Part shown: positions 6,767 to 14,840 of the stretch, one piece after another
Position numbering within the stretch: position 1 is the stretch's first letter
Layout of the letters: the number at the start of each line of letters is the position of its first letter
DNA from: an uncultured Candidatus Saccharibacteria bacterium
GTDB lineage: Bacteria > Patescibacteriota > Saccharimonadia > Saccharimonadales > JBBQAJ01
Reading direction: 5' to 3'
Length of the DNA: 64,000 nt
NCBI GenBank assembly: GCA_964597925.1
Contig: CAZQZT010000001.1
Coordinates: 13,629-77,628 of the forward strand
Translations under genes and position numbers: made by a program
Notes under the pieces: model-generated
Seen by the model: the letters and a program-made list of their open reading frames with translations, nothing else
The model's database searches: none
Told to the model about the DNA's origin: nothing

Positions 6767-7648
6767 GTGAATATTGCCATAATCGGCGCCAGTGGTTACA
6801 TTGGCCACAATTTAATTCAGAGATTACTAGCTGAAACAAATCATTCTGTGATTGCACTTTCACCTAGTGCCGAATCAATACAAGTTGATAATGAGCGTTT
6901 AACTAAGCACAATGTTGATGTTTTCGACACAGATATTCTACGTACATATCTTCTCAACTGCGATGTTACCTACTATTTAATACACATGATGGCACAGAAA
7001 AAACTTGACTTCGCTGAGGCAGAATTAATAGCAGTAGAGAGTTTCTGTGCCGCCGCAAAAGATTCAAAAATTAAGCGAGTAATATACCTTAGTGGTCTGG
7101 GTAATGATAATGAACAGCTGTCAAAGCACCTCAAGAGTCGTCATAATACAGGCAAGGTATTAAAAAATATACTTCCGCAAGTTATTGAATTCCGCGCGTC
7201 GATGGTTATCGGAAAAGGCAGTATTTCGTATGATATTGTTACGAACCTTATTCACAAATTACCCTTACTGACATTGCCAAAATGGGCTAGAACGCTCACG
7301 CAACCAATAGGGCTACATGATACTTTGTCATATCTGGTTGCAGCGCTCAATCTACAGACTACACAACATCAGATAGTCGAAATAGGTGGACCTGAGCAAC
7401 TTTCGTATGGTGATTTGATGAAAAGATATGCAGCCTGGGAAAATAAAAAGATAATTATCATAAAACTACATGTGATTCCAGTGAGAATTGCAGCATGGTG
7501 GTTAAATTTATTTACGCCAAAAACTCATGCAAAAGTAGGGAGGATAATGGTCGAGTCTTTGTCTAACCCTATGGTAGTTACAAATAACACAGCCGCCGAA
7601 CTGTTTCCTGGTATACGCCCAAAAACACTCGAAGAAGTTTTTGTATAA
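6767..7648 (+). CDS. NAD(P)H-binding NmrA/atypical-SDR family protein
   Basis: N-terminal Rossmann motif IAIIGASGYIGHNL, 293 aa. GTG start 6 nt after TATAAT (6755-6760), no SD. Confidence 0.65.
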   Translation: MNIAIIGASGYIGHNLIQRLLAETNHSVIALSPSAESIQVDNERLTKHNVDVFDTDILRTYLLNCDVTYYLIHMMAQKKLDFAEAELIAVESFCAAAKDSKIKRVIYLSGLGNDNEQLSKHLKSRHNTGKVLKNILPQVIEFRASMVIGKGSISYDIVTNLIHKLPLLTLPKWARTLTQPIGLHDTLSYLVAALNLQTTQHQIVEIGGPEQLSYGDLMKRYAAWENKKIIIIKLHVIPVRIAAWWLNLFTPKTHAKVGRIMVESLSNPMVVTNNTAAELFPGIRPKTLEEVFV

Positions 7649-7649
7649 A

Positions 7650-7680
7650 AAATAACCCGGTCTCGCAGGCCGGGTTATTT
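7650..7680. terminator. Bidirectional terminator between convergent genes
   Basis: AAATAACCCGG-tctcgcagg-CCGGGTTATTT. Confidence 0.7.
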
Positions 7681-7697
7681 GATAGTCCTAATTTCTA

Positions 7698-8282
7698 TTA
7701 ACTAGGCAGTAAAACGCCACCAATAACATGCACAACACCATTGTCTGCATTTACATCGGCTTTTTCAACGATTACTTTATTTCCCTTAGCATCAGTTAAG
7801 TAAACTTTACCGTCCATGATAGAAACAGTTAGTGTTCCACCCTGCACGGTTGTAATTACCTGACCATCCTTAAGGTCCTGTGCCAAAACTGCTCCTGACA
7901 CTACGTGATAGGTTAGTATAGATTTTAGCTGTTCAACATTTTCAGGTTTTAGCAAAGTAGCGAGCGTACCTTCAGGCAATGCCTCAAAAGCTGCATTCGT
8001 CGGAGCGAATACTGTAAATGGACCTGCTCCTTGTAGCGTATCAACTAAACTGGCTGCTTTTAGTGCAGTTACTAAAGTTGATAGACTAGGTGTTTCTGAT
8101 GCTACGACTACGATTGAACCTGCATTTTGCTGTTTCATTTGCTCTGCCATATCAGACTGGCTTGCCGTTTCTTTGCTAGCTTGATCATCATTCATATTCA
8201 TTGCCCAGAATATTCCACCACCTATAACTAAGACAGTTATGATTCCGACAATGATTCCAGTAGATTTATTATTGCTTTCCAT
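7698..8282 (-). CDS. Fasciclin (FAS1) domain protein with N-terminal membrane anchor
   Basis: TM helix GIIVGIITVLVIGGGIFWA, then GPFTVFAPTNAAFEALPEGTLATLLKPEN...LTYHVVSG and a VVHVIGGVLLP ending (FAS1 H1/H2 motifs). Confidence 0.85.
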   Translation of the reverse strand: MESNNKSTGIIVGIITVLVIGGGIFWAMNMNDDQASKETASQSDMAEQMKQQNAGSIVVVASETPSLSTLVTALKAASLVDTLQGAGPFTVFAPTNAAFEALPEGTLATLLKPENVEQLKSILTYHVVSGAVLAQDLKDGQVITTVQGGTLTVSIMDGKVYLTDAKGNKVIVEKADVNADNGVVHVIGGVLLPS

Positions 8283-8327
8283 GATTTCTCCTTAAAAATT
8301 AAATACCAACAGAACAAGATTACCCTC

Positions 8328-8915
8328 CTACTTCATTGCTACCTCCTTGTTTGCTAGACTCCGCATCAGAAACTTATGGATTGAACTGGTAACATCATCG
8401 AGTTCGCTTTTTTTGGGAGGCTCGGGGTAATACTCAAGTAAAAAACCGTTTATTGCGTGGGCTATTACCTTTGCTTCTTTGTTGATTTCGGATTTATTAA
8501 TACTAAATTCTTCATTTTTAATTCCAACTTCTAATACTTCTTCAATATGGAGATAGCCTTTTGTTGGAAGATAACCATTATCCAATTTCAAAAAATTTGA
8601 CCTAAAGTGAAGATAGTATTTCAGTAAAAACACTACGTTTTCGATATGATCAAACTGAAATTTAATCCTGCCCATGAGCATATCTGATGCAGAGTTTGTG
8701 AAGGGTAATTTTTCCCTAGCGATTCCAAGTGCCTTGTTGGTGTTATCAAATATTTCTTTTAGCAGCTCATCTTTGTCGCTAAAAAAGTGGTAGATACTAG
8801 AAATGCCTACACCACACTCTTTGGCCAGTGTGCGTATGGAAAATCCTTCATAGCCATTTGTGGCAAAATGTCTTTTGGATATTTGTAAAATTGTTGATTT
8901 TGTAGTTCCAGTCAT
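8328..8915 (-). CDS. TetR/AcrR family transcriptional regulator
   Basis: N-terminal HTH region ILQISKRHFATNGYEGFSIRTLAKECGVGISSIYHFFSDKDELL. Confidence 0.85.
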   Translation of the reverse strand: MTGTTKSTILQISKRHFATNGYEGFSIRTLAKECGVGISSIYHFFSDKDELLKEIFDNTNKALGIAREKLPFTNSASDMLMGRIKFQFDHIENVVFLLKYYLHFRSNFLKLDNGYLPTKGYLHIEEVLEVGIKNEEFSINKSEINKEAKVIAHAINGFLLEYYPEPPKKSELDDVTSSIHKFLMRSLANKEVAMK

Positions 8916-8921
8916 AATATC

Positions 8922-8959
8922 GTAACAAACGTTACATTAGTTAGTGTAACATTTGTTAC
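8922..8959. promoter_or_regulatory. Twin palindromic operator upstream of the TetR gene
   Basis: GTAACAAACGTTAC (8922-8935) and GTAACATTTGTTAC (8946-8959). Both are GTAAC-N4-GTTAC, 6-44 nt upstream of the TetR start. Confidence 0.6.
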
Positions 8960-9085
8960 ACTATTTTAGCTAGTATTTTTATTATCAATCAGTAGTTAAA
9001 GACATTTCCGGCTGAGAGTGTCGTGTAAATACAGCATCCTAAACCTCACAAATTACAGAACGAACTTTAAGCAGATTGAATTTTG

Positions 9086-9853
9086 TCACTGCACAAGAGT
9101 AGCGGAGAATATTTGCCATGCAAGTAATGACTTAGCCACGAAGCTCAGAATTATGTAGGTTTTCTCACCCCTCAAATAGTTAGCCCATTTACCTTTTGCT
9201 TTATACTGTTTGTACTGAACCAATGCAAAGCAATTAAAGAATACAAAAAGAGAGAAAACGATTCCATAAACGAACCCAGGAGCAGAAGCACCGGCAGGCC
9301 CGCCAGGTGAAAAAAGCTGGGTCACGATTATAATCCAGGGGATTATGCCCGCGATACAACCAAATATAAATGGTAGCCATTGTCCGTCCCCTGGTTGCGC
9401 GTATTTCTCTTGTAGCCAACCAAACAATATCATCGATACGTTAACACCAAAGATTGCTAGTAGGGCAGCATAGTCGCTAATACCATTAATCTGCGCGATC
9501 AGGAAAATCATGACCGACGAGCTAAGAGAGTATTCAACCCAACGAAAGATATTTCGGTTGTGCTTTAATCCTATAGCATATTTTGGGAAATACTTTTTTG
9601 AAGACACCAAAAAATGAAAGAACGCCGACAACCCAAGGAACAGTGCCACTGTATAGCTCACGTTGGTACTAAATAGTAATATCGGATTCGTAAATGTGCT
9701 ACCGGGTGGACCTGTCATATAAGTAGCAGTAACTGGTAATGCGAAATTATTTGACAAGGCAACAACTGCAATTAATGACGCCAGATGCAACATCCCAGCC
9801 GAGATATTCCACTTTCGAAGTGGTTTTATTTGTGCGTCTGTTAATTTGTTCAT
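9086..9853 (-). CDS. Heliorhodopsin (7-TM retinal protein with inverted topology)
   Basis: 255 aa with blocks I recognise from heliorhodopsins: ALPVTATYMTGPPGSTF, NIFRWVEYSLSSSVMIFLIAQI, SMILFGWLQEKY, PGFVYGIVFSLFVFFNCFALVQY, GKWANYLRGEKTYIILSFVAKSLLAWQIFS. The K in VAKS is the presumed Schiff-base lysine. Confidence 0.85.
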   Translation of the reverse strand: MNKLTDAQIKPLRKWNISAGMLHLASLIAVVALSNNFALPVTATYMTGPPGSTFTNPILLFSTNVSYTVALFLGLSAFFHFLVSSKKYFPKYAIGLKHNRNIFRWVEYSLSSSVMIFLIAQINGISDYAALLAIFGVNVSMILFGWLQEKYAQPGDGQWLPFIFGCIAGIIPWIIIVTQLFSPGGPAGASAPGFVYGIVFSLFVFFNCFALVQYKQYKAKGKWANYLRGEKTYIILSFVAKSLLAWQIFSATLVQ

Positions 9854-9959
9854 TATTTAATTATACCACTCTGTTACTTTTTGAGTAACGGTGTTTTGGC
9901 AATTGTGCCATGGTGATGCATCAAGAAATGAGCTTGCATTCTGGTATAATTTTTCAATC

Positions 9960-10040
9960 ATGGTCTACGTGTTATCTTCTGACTATAAACTGGCTATTCC
10001 CCTTATCGGATATAGCTTTTTTATACTTGTGGCAAAATGA
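9960..10040 (+). CDS. Candidate 26-aa hydrophobic micro-ORF (below the ORF-track cutoff)
   Basis: TGGTATAAT (9942-9950) 9 nt upstream. MVYVLSSDYKLAIPLIGYSFFILVAK. Its TGA abuts the next ATG (TGAATG). Confidence 0.2.
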   Translation: MVYVLSSDYKLAIPLIGYSFFILVAK

Positions 10041-10214
10041 ATGAGCGTGGAGAAAATATACCAACTGCCTGGCTCTATAGGCAAAGCTATTGTACAAGAT
10101 TCATTTAACATTAATGTTTCGGCATCACCAGTCGCCGCTCAAATAACTGAAGCCGCATCCCCTGTAACCACTCCACCTGCAACTGAAGAACCCCAAACTA
10201 CTCCAGCACAATAA
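10041..10214 (+). CDS. Candidate 57-aa small protein, Pro/Thr-rich tail
   Basis: Own translation: MSVEKIYQLPGSIGKAIVQDSFNINVSASPVAAQITEAASPVTTPPATEEPQTTPAQ. Start abuts the upstream micro-ORF stop. Confidence 0.3.
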   Translation: MSVEKIYQLPGSIGKAIVQDSFNINVSASPVAAQITEAASPVTTPPATEEPQTTPAQ

Positions 10215-10215
10215 T

Positions 10216-10704
10216 TTATTTGTGGCGCTTACCGTGTTTGCCGTGAGATTTCGGTCGCATCAAAAACATGACCAGTAAATGCATGCCTGCCACAGTCACA
10301 ATAATTATATCTTGTGATTTTCGCATTATATTACCTGCATCCGTAAGATAAATAGACCCTTGTAGGCCCGGAGTTAGTAACGGTAACAAAAAAGTTGCTA
10401 ACAACAAGCTGTCTGCGACTAGCAAAATAAACTGGAAAGGCAAAGAAGCTGCTGATAATGTTTTGCGCATTAGTATAAATGTTAGCAATACGGGAATAAG
10501 TAGTAGGAAAACGTTTGTTATCACGTCTGTATTGGACACGTTAGTAAAAGTTCCTACCAACAGCCCTGCGCTGTCACCCAAAAACTCCGCCCAAAAATAA
10601 CCAGTGACTAAGCTAACAAACAGATACAGGGGCTTTACTCTTAGCAGTATTGCCAAAAGTAACGGCAGTCCCGTAATTATAGCTAGGATAATCAGTGGTG
10701 GCAT
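10216..10704 (-). CDS. Integral membrane protein, unknown function
   Basis: 162 aa, about 5 hydrophobic helices, basic tail KSHGKHGKRHK. Last gene of the ATP-grasp gene string. Confidence 0.5.
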   Translation of the reverse strand: MPPLIILAIITGLPLLLAILLRVKPLYLFVSLVTGYFWAEFLGDSAGLLVGTFTNVSNTDVITNVFLLLIPVLLTFILMRKTLSAASLPFQFILLVADSLLLATFLLPLLTPGLQGSIYLTDAGNIMRKSQDIIIVTVAGMHLLVMFLMRPKSHGKHGKRHK

Positions 10705-10736
10705 GCCCCCATGATAGCTGGCAATTCATTAAAATG

Positions 10737-11201
10737 CTACTGCTTTTGCAGCACTAATTCATCACCCAATTTCATGTCAACCAAATTCGGATTGACTTCA
10801 ACTACATATGTTGCAAGAGCTGACGGACAAAAACTTTTTGGGTATGAGCTGGGCGCAACGTTTTGCTGTTGATATATAAGTTTTCTATCAGCATCAAACC
10901 ATAGTACGCTTAGGTTAAATTCCATATCTTTCATCCAAAAACAGGCAGACTCTGGAGTTGAAAATGCAAATAGCATACCTTTCTCATTCGGCATTTCTGT
11001 TCTGCCTGAAAGCCCTTGCTGATGTGACTCTGGGGTATCGGCAATTTCTAGTTCAAAATTGCGCTCACCAATCTTTGCAGTTATATAACTTGTCTTAAGA
11101 GCGGGGGCTTTTGCTGACTGGATAAGCCCAATAATTAACAATGAATAAAAAGAAATCAGAACTAATGCATATGTAACCGATTTACGCGCCCACACGGTCA
11201 C
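10737..11201 (-). CDS. DUF192 family protein (signal-anchor plus DUF192 fold)
   Basis: GLSGRTEMPNEKGMLFAF...FWMKDMEFNLSVLWFD...VVEV pattern typical of DUF192/COG1430. Overlaps the rimK stop by 20 nt. Confidence 0.65.
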   Translation of the reverse strand: MTVWARKSVTYALVLISFYSLLIIGLIQSAKAPALKTSYITAKIGERNFELEIADTPESHQQGLSGRTEMPNEKGMLFAFSTPESACFWMKDMEFNLSVLWFDADRKLIYQQQNVAPSSYPKSFCPSALATYVVEVNPNLVDMKLGDELVLQKQ

Positions 11202-12084
11202 GTCGACGCGCTCGTTTGGCGTTTTGTTCTATATAATCAAGTATATGGCTGGCAACATTTCTATTTGTTACCTTCTCTATACCAAAGCCGGGGCTTGAAT
11301 TGACCTCAAGCACGAGTGGACCACGCTCTGATCGCATCATATCAACACCACAGATAGCTAAGCCCATGGCTTTGGCGGCACGCTGGGCTGTTTTGCGCTC
11401 TTCTTCTGTTAGTTTTATAGAAGAACCTTCTCCACCTTGATGTAGATTTGAGCGAAAATCGTCGTTCAGACTTTGACGTTTCATACTTGCCACAACTTTT
11501 CCGTTTACCACAAACGCACGAATATCCGTACCGGCAGATTCCTTTATAAATTCCTGTACCAAAAAGTTCACCCCCTCCACGTAGAAAGCCTGCATTACAG
11601 CCTCAGTGGCCTTTTTCGTTTCGGCCAGTACGACTCCCTTGCCGTGTGTGCCACGTGCCACTTTTATAATAAGCGGTACGCCTCCAGCTTGCTCTATGAC
11701 GTCTTCTGGGTCTGCAGTTTCACGGGCAAAAACTGTTTTAGGTATGCCCACCCCCGCCTTGGCTAGGAGTTGCATACTGCGTAGTTTGTCACGTGAGCGA
11801 ACTAGGGCAATTGAGCTGGTTGTCGTAAAGACATTTTGCATTTCAAACTGACGAACAATTGACGAGCCATATTTGGTAAGACTTGATGCGATACGTGGAA
11901 TAATTACGTCTACATCACTCAAATCAGTACCTTCGTAACGAACTACGGGGTTGCTCCGTTCTAACGTGACGTAACACTTGGCATAATCAATCACTCGTAC
12001 TGAATGTCCGCGAATTTTTGCCTCTTCTTTGAGACGTTTGGTAGAGTAATTACCTGGACCTTTAGATAAAATTACGATGTTCAT
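11182..12084 (-). CDS. rimK: RimK-family alpha-L-glutamate ligase (ATP-grasp)
   Basis: 300 aa. MNIVILS...STKRLKEEAKIRGH..., IIKVARGTHGKGVVL, DIRAFVVNG, HQGG, LEVNSSPG; a RimK-like ATP-grasp with a basic C-terminal tail. Confidence 0.8.
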   Translation of the reverse strand: MNIVILSKGPGNYSTKRLKEEAKIRGHSVRVIDYAKCYVTLERSNPVVRYEGTDLSDVDVIIPRIASSLTKYGSSIVRQFEMQNVFTTTSSIALVRSRDKLRSMQLLAKAGVGIPKTVFARETADPEDVIEQAGGVPLIIKVARGTHGKGVVLAETKKATEAVMQAFYVEGVNFLVQEFIKESAGTDIRAFVVNGKVVASMKRQSLNDDFRSNLHQGGEGSSIKLTEEERKTAQRAAKAMGLAICGVDMMRSERGPLVLEVNSSPGFGIEKVTNRNVASHILDYIEQNAKRARRRDRVGA

Positions 12085-12536
12085 TCTAGGCTATCATCCT
12101 CATTCTTTTCTTCGTCTTCGATTGGGTCACCTTGGGACACATCCACAACAAAACGATTTTTCAGCAACTTACGACCTATGAGCGCAGGATACGTCTTAAC
12201 AGCCCTGTTTGCAAGTGTAAAATTGGACTTGACCAATTTGCCACCAACGCGAATGCGCAAGAAAACACTGTATCTCTGCTGTCTGTGTCCAAAAGAGTTT
12301 TCGACTTGTACTAATTTGAATATGGTCGTAGACACTTCCTTGCCAGTAAAGTAAGGAGAAGCTGGACCAAGCAGAGTGAAATAGAGCACACCGCCCTCTT
12401 CACGAATATGAGTAGCCCAGATAGACGAACGATACGCGCCTGTATCTACTTTTGCAGGTAAACCTTTTATGTTGGCATCTAGAAACTCAACTCGCTCAAC
12501 CCGTCCAATTGTTGGTTTTCTTTTGGCAATACTCAT
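12081..12536 (-). CDS. Retropepsin-like aspartic endopeptidase (RimB / PF05618 'ATP-dependent zinc protease' family)
   Basis: LPAKVDTGAYRSSIWA contains the D-T-G catalytic motif. 151 aa. 4-nt ATGA overlap with rimK, as in RimB-RimK pairs. Confidence 0.7.
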   Translation of the reverse strand: MSIAKRKPTIGRVERVEFLDANIKGLPAKVDTGAYRSSIWATHIREEGGVLYFTLLGPASPYFTGKEVSTTIFKLVQVENSFGHRQQRYSVFLRIRVGGKLVKSNFTLANRAVKTYPALIGRKLLKNRFVVDVSQGDPIEDEEKNEDDSLE

Positions 12537-13489
12537 TATTCTTCCTCTGCTAGCTCAAGGTTACGTTTTATGAAATCAGTAAAATGAATAACTTTTTTCG
12601 AAACATCATAGCCAGTAGCCAGTGCTGGCGTTGAATTAACTTCTAAAACATAGGGTTCATTAGTGTTTTTATCTACTAAAATATCCACACCGCTTATTTC
12701 ACGCTTCAGACAAGCCGCTGCTTTGCGAGCAATAATGAGATGTTCTGGTGGTACGGCTTTGACATCTAGTGCCGTTCCGGCTCCGCCCTTTGAGGTGTTG
12801 TTTAGATGAGTCTCGCCTTCTGCTTTGCGGTGAAAAATAATAGGTTCAGCGTCGGTTCCAATGAAAAGATAGCGATAGTCGCCATCATTTGGGTGATAAG
12901 TTTGTACAACAAACTGTTTATTTGCTTCAGAATCACGTACTTTACTGGCAGCATCTTCGGCATTGTGAACAAGATAGTTGTCACTGCCCTTTGAACCGTC
13001 ATCCGCTTTTAGAATAAGCGGGAAGTTGAAGCCTTCAGGAAGTGCGTCAGCGTCGAGCGTTGTCTGCAAATGCTGATGCTTTAGAAATAATGTGTCACAT
13101 ACAGGCACGTCGTCCATGGCCAGACGACAAATTTGTGAAATCTTGCCCCATGCCAGCCCAGCATCTACTTCTTCGTTTACGAATGATACGGAGTTTTTAC
13201 GTAGATAGTGAGCAATCAACGAAGCATGTTCATAATCAAACATCCAGTTTTTGAAATGAATCAGATGTACGTTTTTTAGGTCAATATCGTGTTTTGTGTC
13301 CGTAATTGTAACCTTGTTGTTCTGAACCACACACATGATGTCATCATAGGTGGTGTATAAAACTGATGTGTCTTCGAGTCGTGACTCTACAGACTCATAA
13401 AAATCACGAACGTACTGTTCGCGCTGTTTCCAGTCGATAGTCTTATCTGTACGTGCAGATGTGATAATAAGTACAATGGCTTTCTTCAT
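12536..13489 (-). CDS. ATP-grasp ligase, RimK/GshB-like paralog 2
   Basis: PLILKADDGSKGSDNYLV, DYRYLFIG, HLNNTSKGG, GVDILVD...YVLEVNSTP; the ATP-grasp motifs in order. 1-nt overlap with the downstream protease gene. Confidence 0.7.
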   Translation of the reverse strand: MKKAIVLIITSARTDKTIDWKQREQYVRDFYESVESRLEDTSVLYTTYDDIMCVVQNNKVTITDTKHDIDLKNVHLIHFKNWMFDYEHASLIAHYLRKNSVSFVNEEVDAGLAWGKISQICRLAMDDVPVCDTLFLKHQHLQTTLDADALPEGFNFPLILKADDGSKGSDNYLVHNAEDAASKVRDSEANKQFVVQTYHPNDGDYRYLFIGTDAEPIIFHRKAEGETHLNNTSKGGAGTALDVKAVPPEHLIIARKAAACLKREISGVDILVDKNTNEPYVLEVNSTPALATGYDVSKKVIHFTDFIKRNLELAEEE

Positions 13490-13555
13490 AGGCTTACTTT
13501 ACCATGATAACTACTTAGTTTACTCTGTTATTTATATCTAATTGCCGAACCTTTT

Positions 13556-14611
13556 CTAAGTATATTTTAGCATATTAGGCAGTGTTTTGTCAATAACGGT
13601 CGGTTGTTTATCGACAGCTAATCCTATGAGTTGCCGAGCAACTAGTTGTCTAGTAAGTAAACCTAGTGAAACGCGAGCTATTTTACCCTCTGCGTCTTCA
13701 CCTTCTTTGTCTTTTTTCATCTTTGGAAGTGCCGGTTCTCTAGTGTTAATTTCCATCACCCTAAACGCACCGTCAAGCCATATTATATCTATAGCGCCGT
13801 GCATATGAGGAACACCCGTATGGGCAGCAATTTTATCAAATGCCCGCCTAGCAAGTGCATACGCCTCATCTGGTACTGACTCTGGCTCGATAATCACATA
13901 ATGGTCATCTAGTAGTATGCCCACCGTCTTACTTACGCGCAATAGTGGAAGCATATCCGTTTCTCCGTCGGCAAATCTGTAACTGAACATACGAATTTCT
14001 TTGGGTACACCCTCTGTGGCTACTAAGCCTGCATAAAAATCACCAATACCTACAAGCTGTTTGGGCATTTGGGTTGTATCAACATAGGGCTGGATTATCA
14101 TTTTTTTAGCATATGATTTGTCCGCCTGTTCAAGAGTTCGAATAATCTCCACGCCCTTAGCCATGACTCCATGAACCGGCTTTACTATGTATGGTCCGTT
14201 ATCAAAATCTCTTATTTGTGTACTAAGGTTTTCACCTGCCTCCAATAAGGTTGTTGGTAGCCCATCTTCACCCAAAATATCAGATAAAACAAACTTATCA
14301 GCAGTAGCCGCACGTACCTCTGTTTCATTAAGCGTAGGTACGCCTTGACTTGGTAAGGCGCCAGTATAATCTCGGATTGCCGCAACACTATACTCAGTTT
14401 CGTCAACTTGCACATAAGTACCGGGGCTTTCAGGATCCAGCAATAGCCGTACAAGTGGAGCATCGGCTTCACCGTTTTCTGGAGCACCAAGCAATACAAC
14501 AGGCACGTTTGCTTTTTGCAACTCTTTAATTAAGACAGCAAATATTTGTGTAACTGTTTGTATTCTCTCTATGGGCGTACGGACACCTAGGCCTATAGCG
14601 TTTTGGGGCAT
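13556..14611 (-). CDS. ATP-grasp-like ligase, paralog 3 (divergent)
   Basis: YIVKPVHGVMAKGVEII (ATP-binding Lys loop), EIRMFSY, AIDIIWLDGAFRVMEINTREP. The N-terminal half is not recognisable. Confidence 0.5.
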   Translation of the reverse strand: MPQNAIGLGVRTPIERIQTVTQIFAVLIKELQKANVPVVLLGAPENGEADAPLVRLLLDPESPGTYVQVDETEYSVAAIRDYTGALPSQGVPTLNETEVRAATADKFVLSDILGEDGLPTTLLEAGENLSTQIRDFDNGPYIVKPVHGVMAKGVEIIRTLEQADKSYAKKMIIQPYVDTTQMPKQLVGIGDFYAGLVATEGVPKEIRMFSYRFADGETDMLPLLRVSKTVGILLDDHYVIIEPESVPDEAYALARRAFDKIAAHTGVPHMHGAIDIIWLDGAFRVMEINTREPALPKMKKDKEGEDAEGKIARVSLGLLTRQLVARQLIGLAVDKQPTVIDKTLPNMLKYT

Positions 14612-14650
14612 CCGTATATTTTATAACTATCCCGTAATTTTGTCAATTAC

Positions 14651-14767
14651 TTAACCGTTTGCGTTACTCACGCGCATATATACAAAAATCAAGCCAAAAA
14701 TCAGTAGTAACATAAAAAATAGCATCGTCGGTATAAACCCATCTTGTCTAGGCGTAAGCTTTTTCAT
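14651..14767 (-). CDS. Candidate 38-aa single-TM micro-protein at the head of the ATP-grasp string
   Basis: Own translation: MKKLTPRQDGFIPTMLFFMLLLIFGLIFVYMRVSNANG. No clear SD; below the ORF-track cutoff. Confidence 0.25.
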   Translation of the reverse strand: MKKLTPRQDGFIPTMLFFMLLLIFGLIFVYMRVSNANG

Positions 14768-14840
14768 CTTAGTGTTAATTATTTACCAACTAGCTGAAAA
14801 AGTACATACCCTGTTAAAAAGTGTATACTTCGATAGTCTT

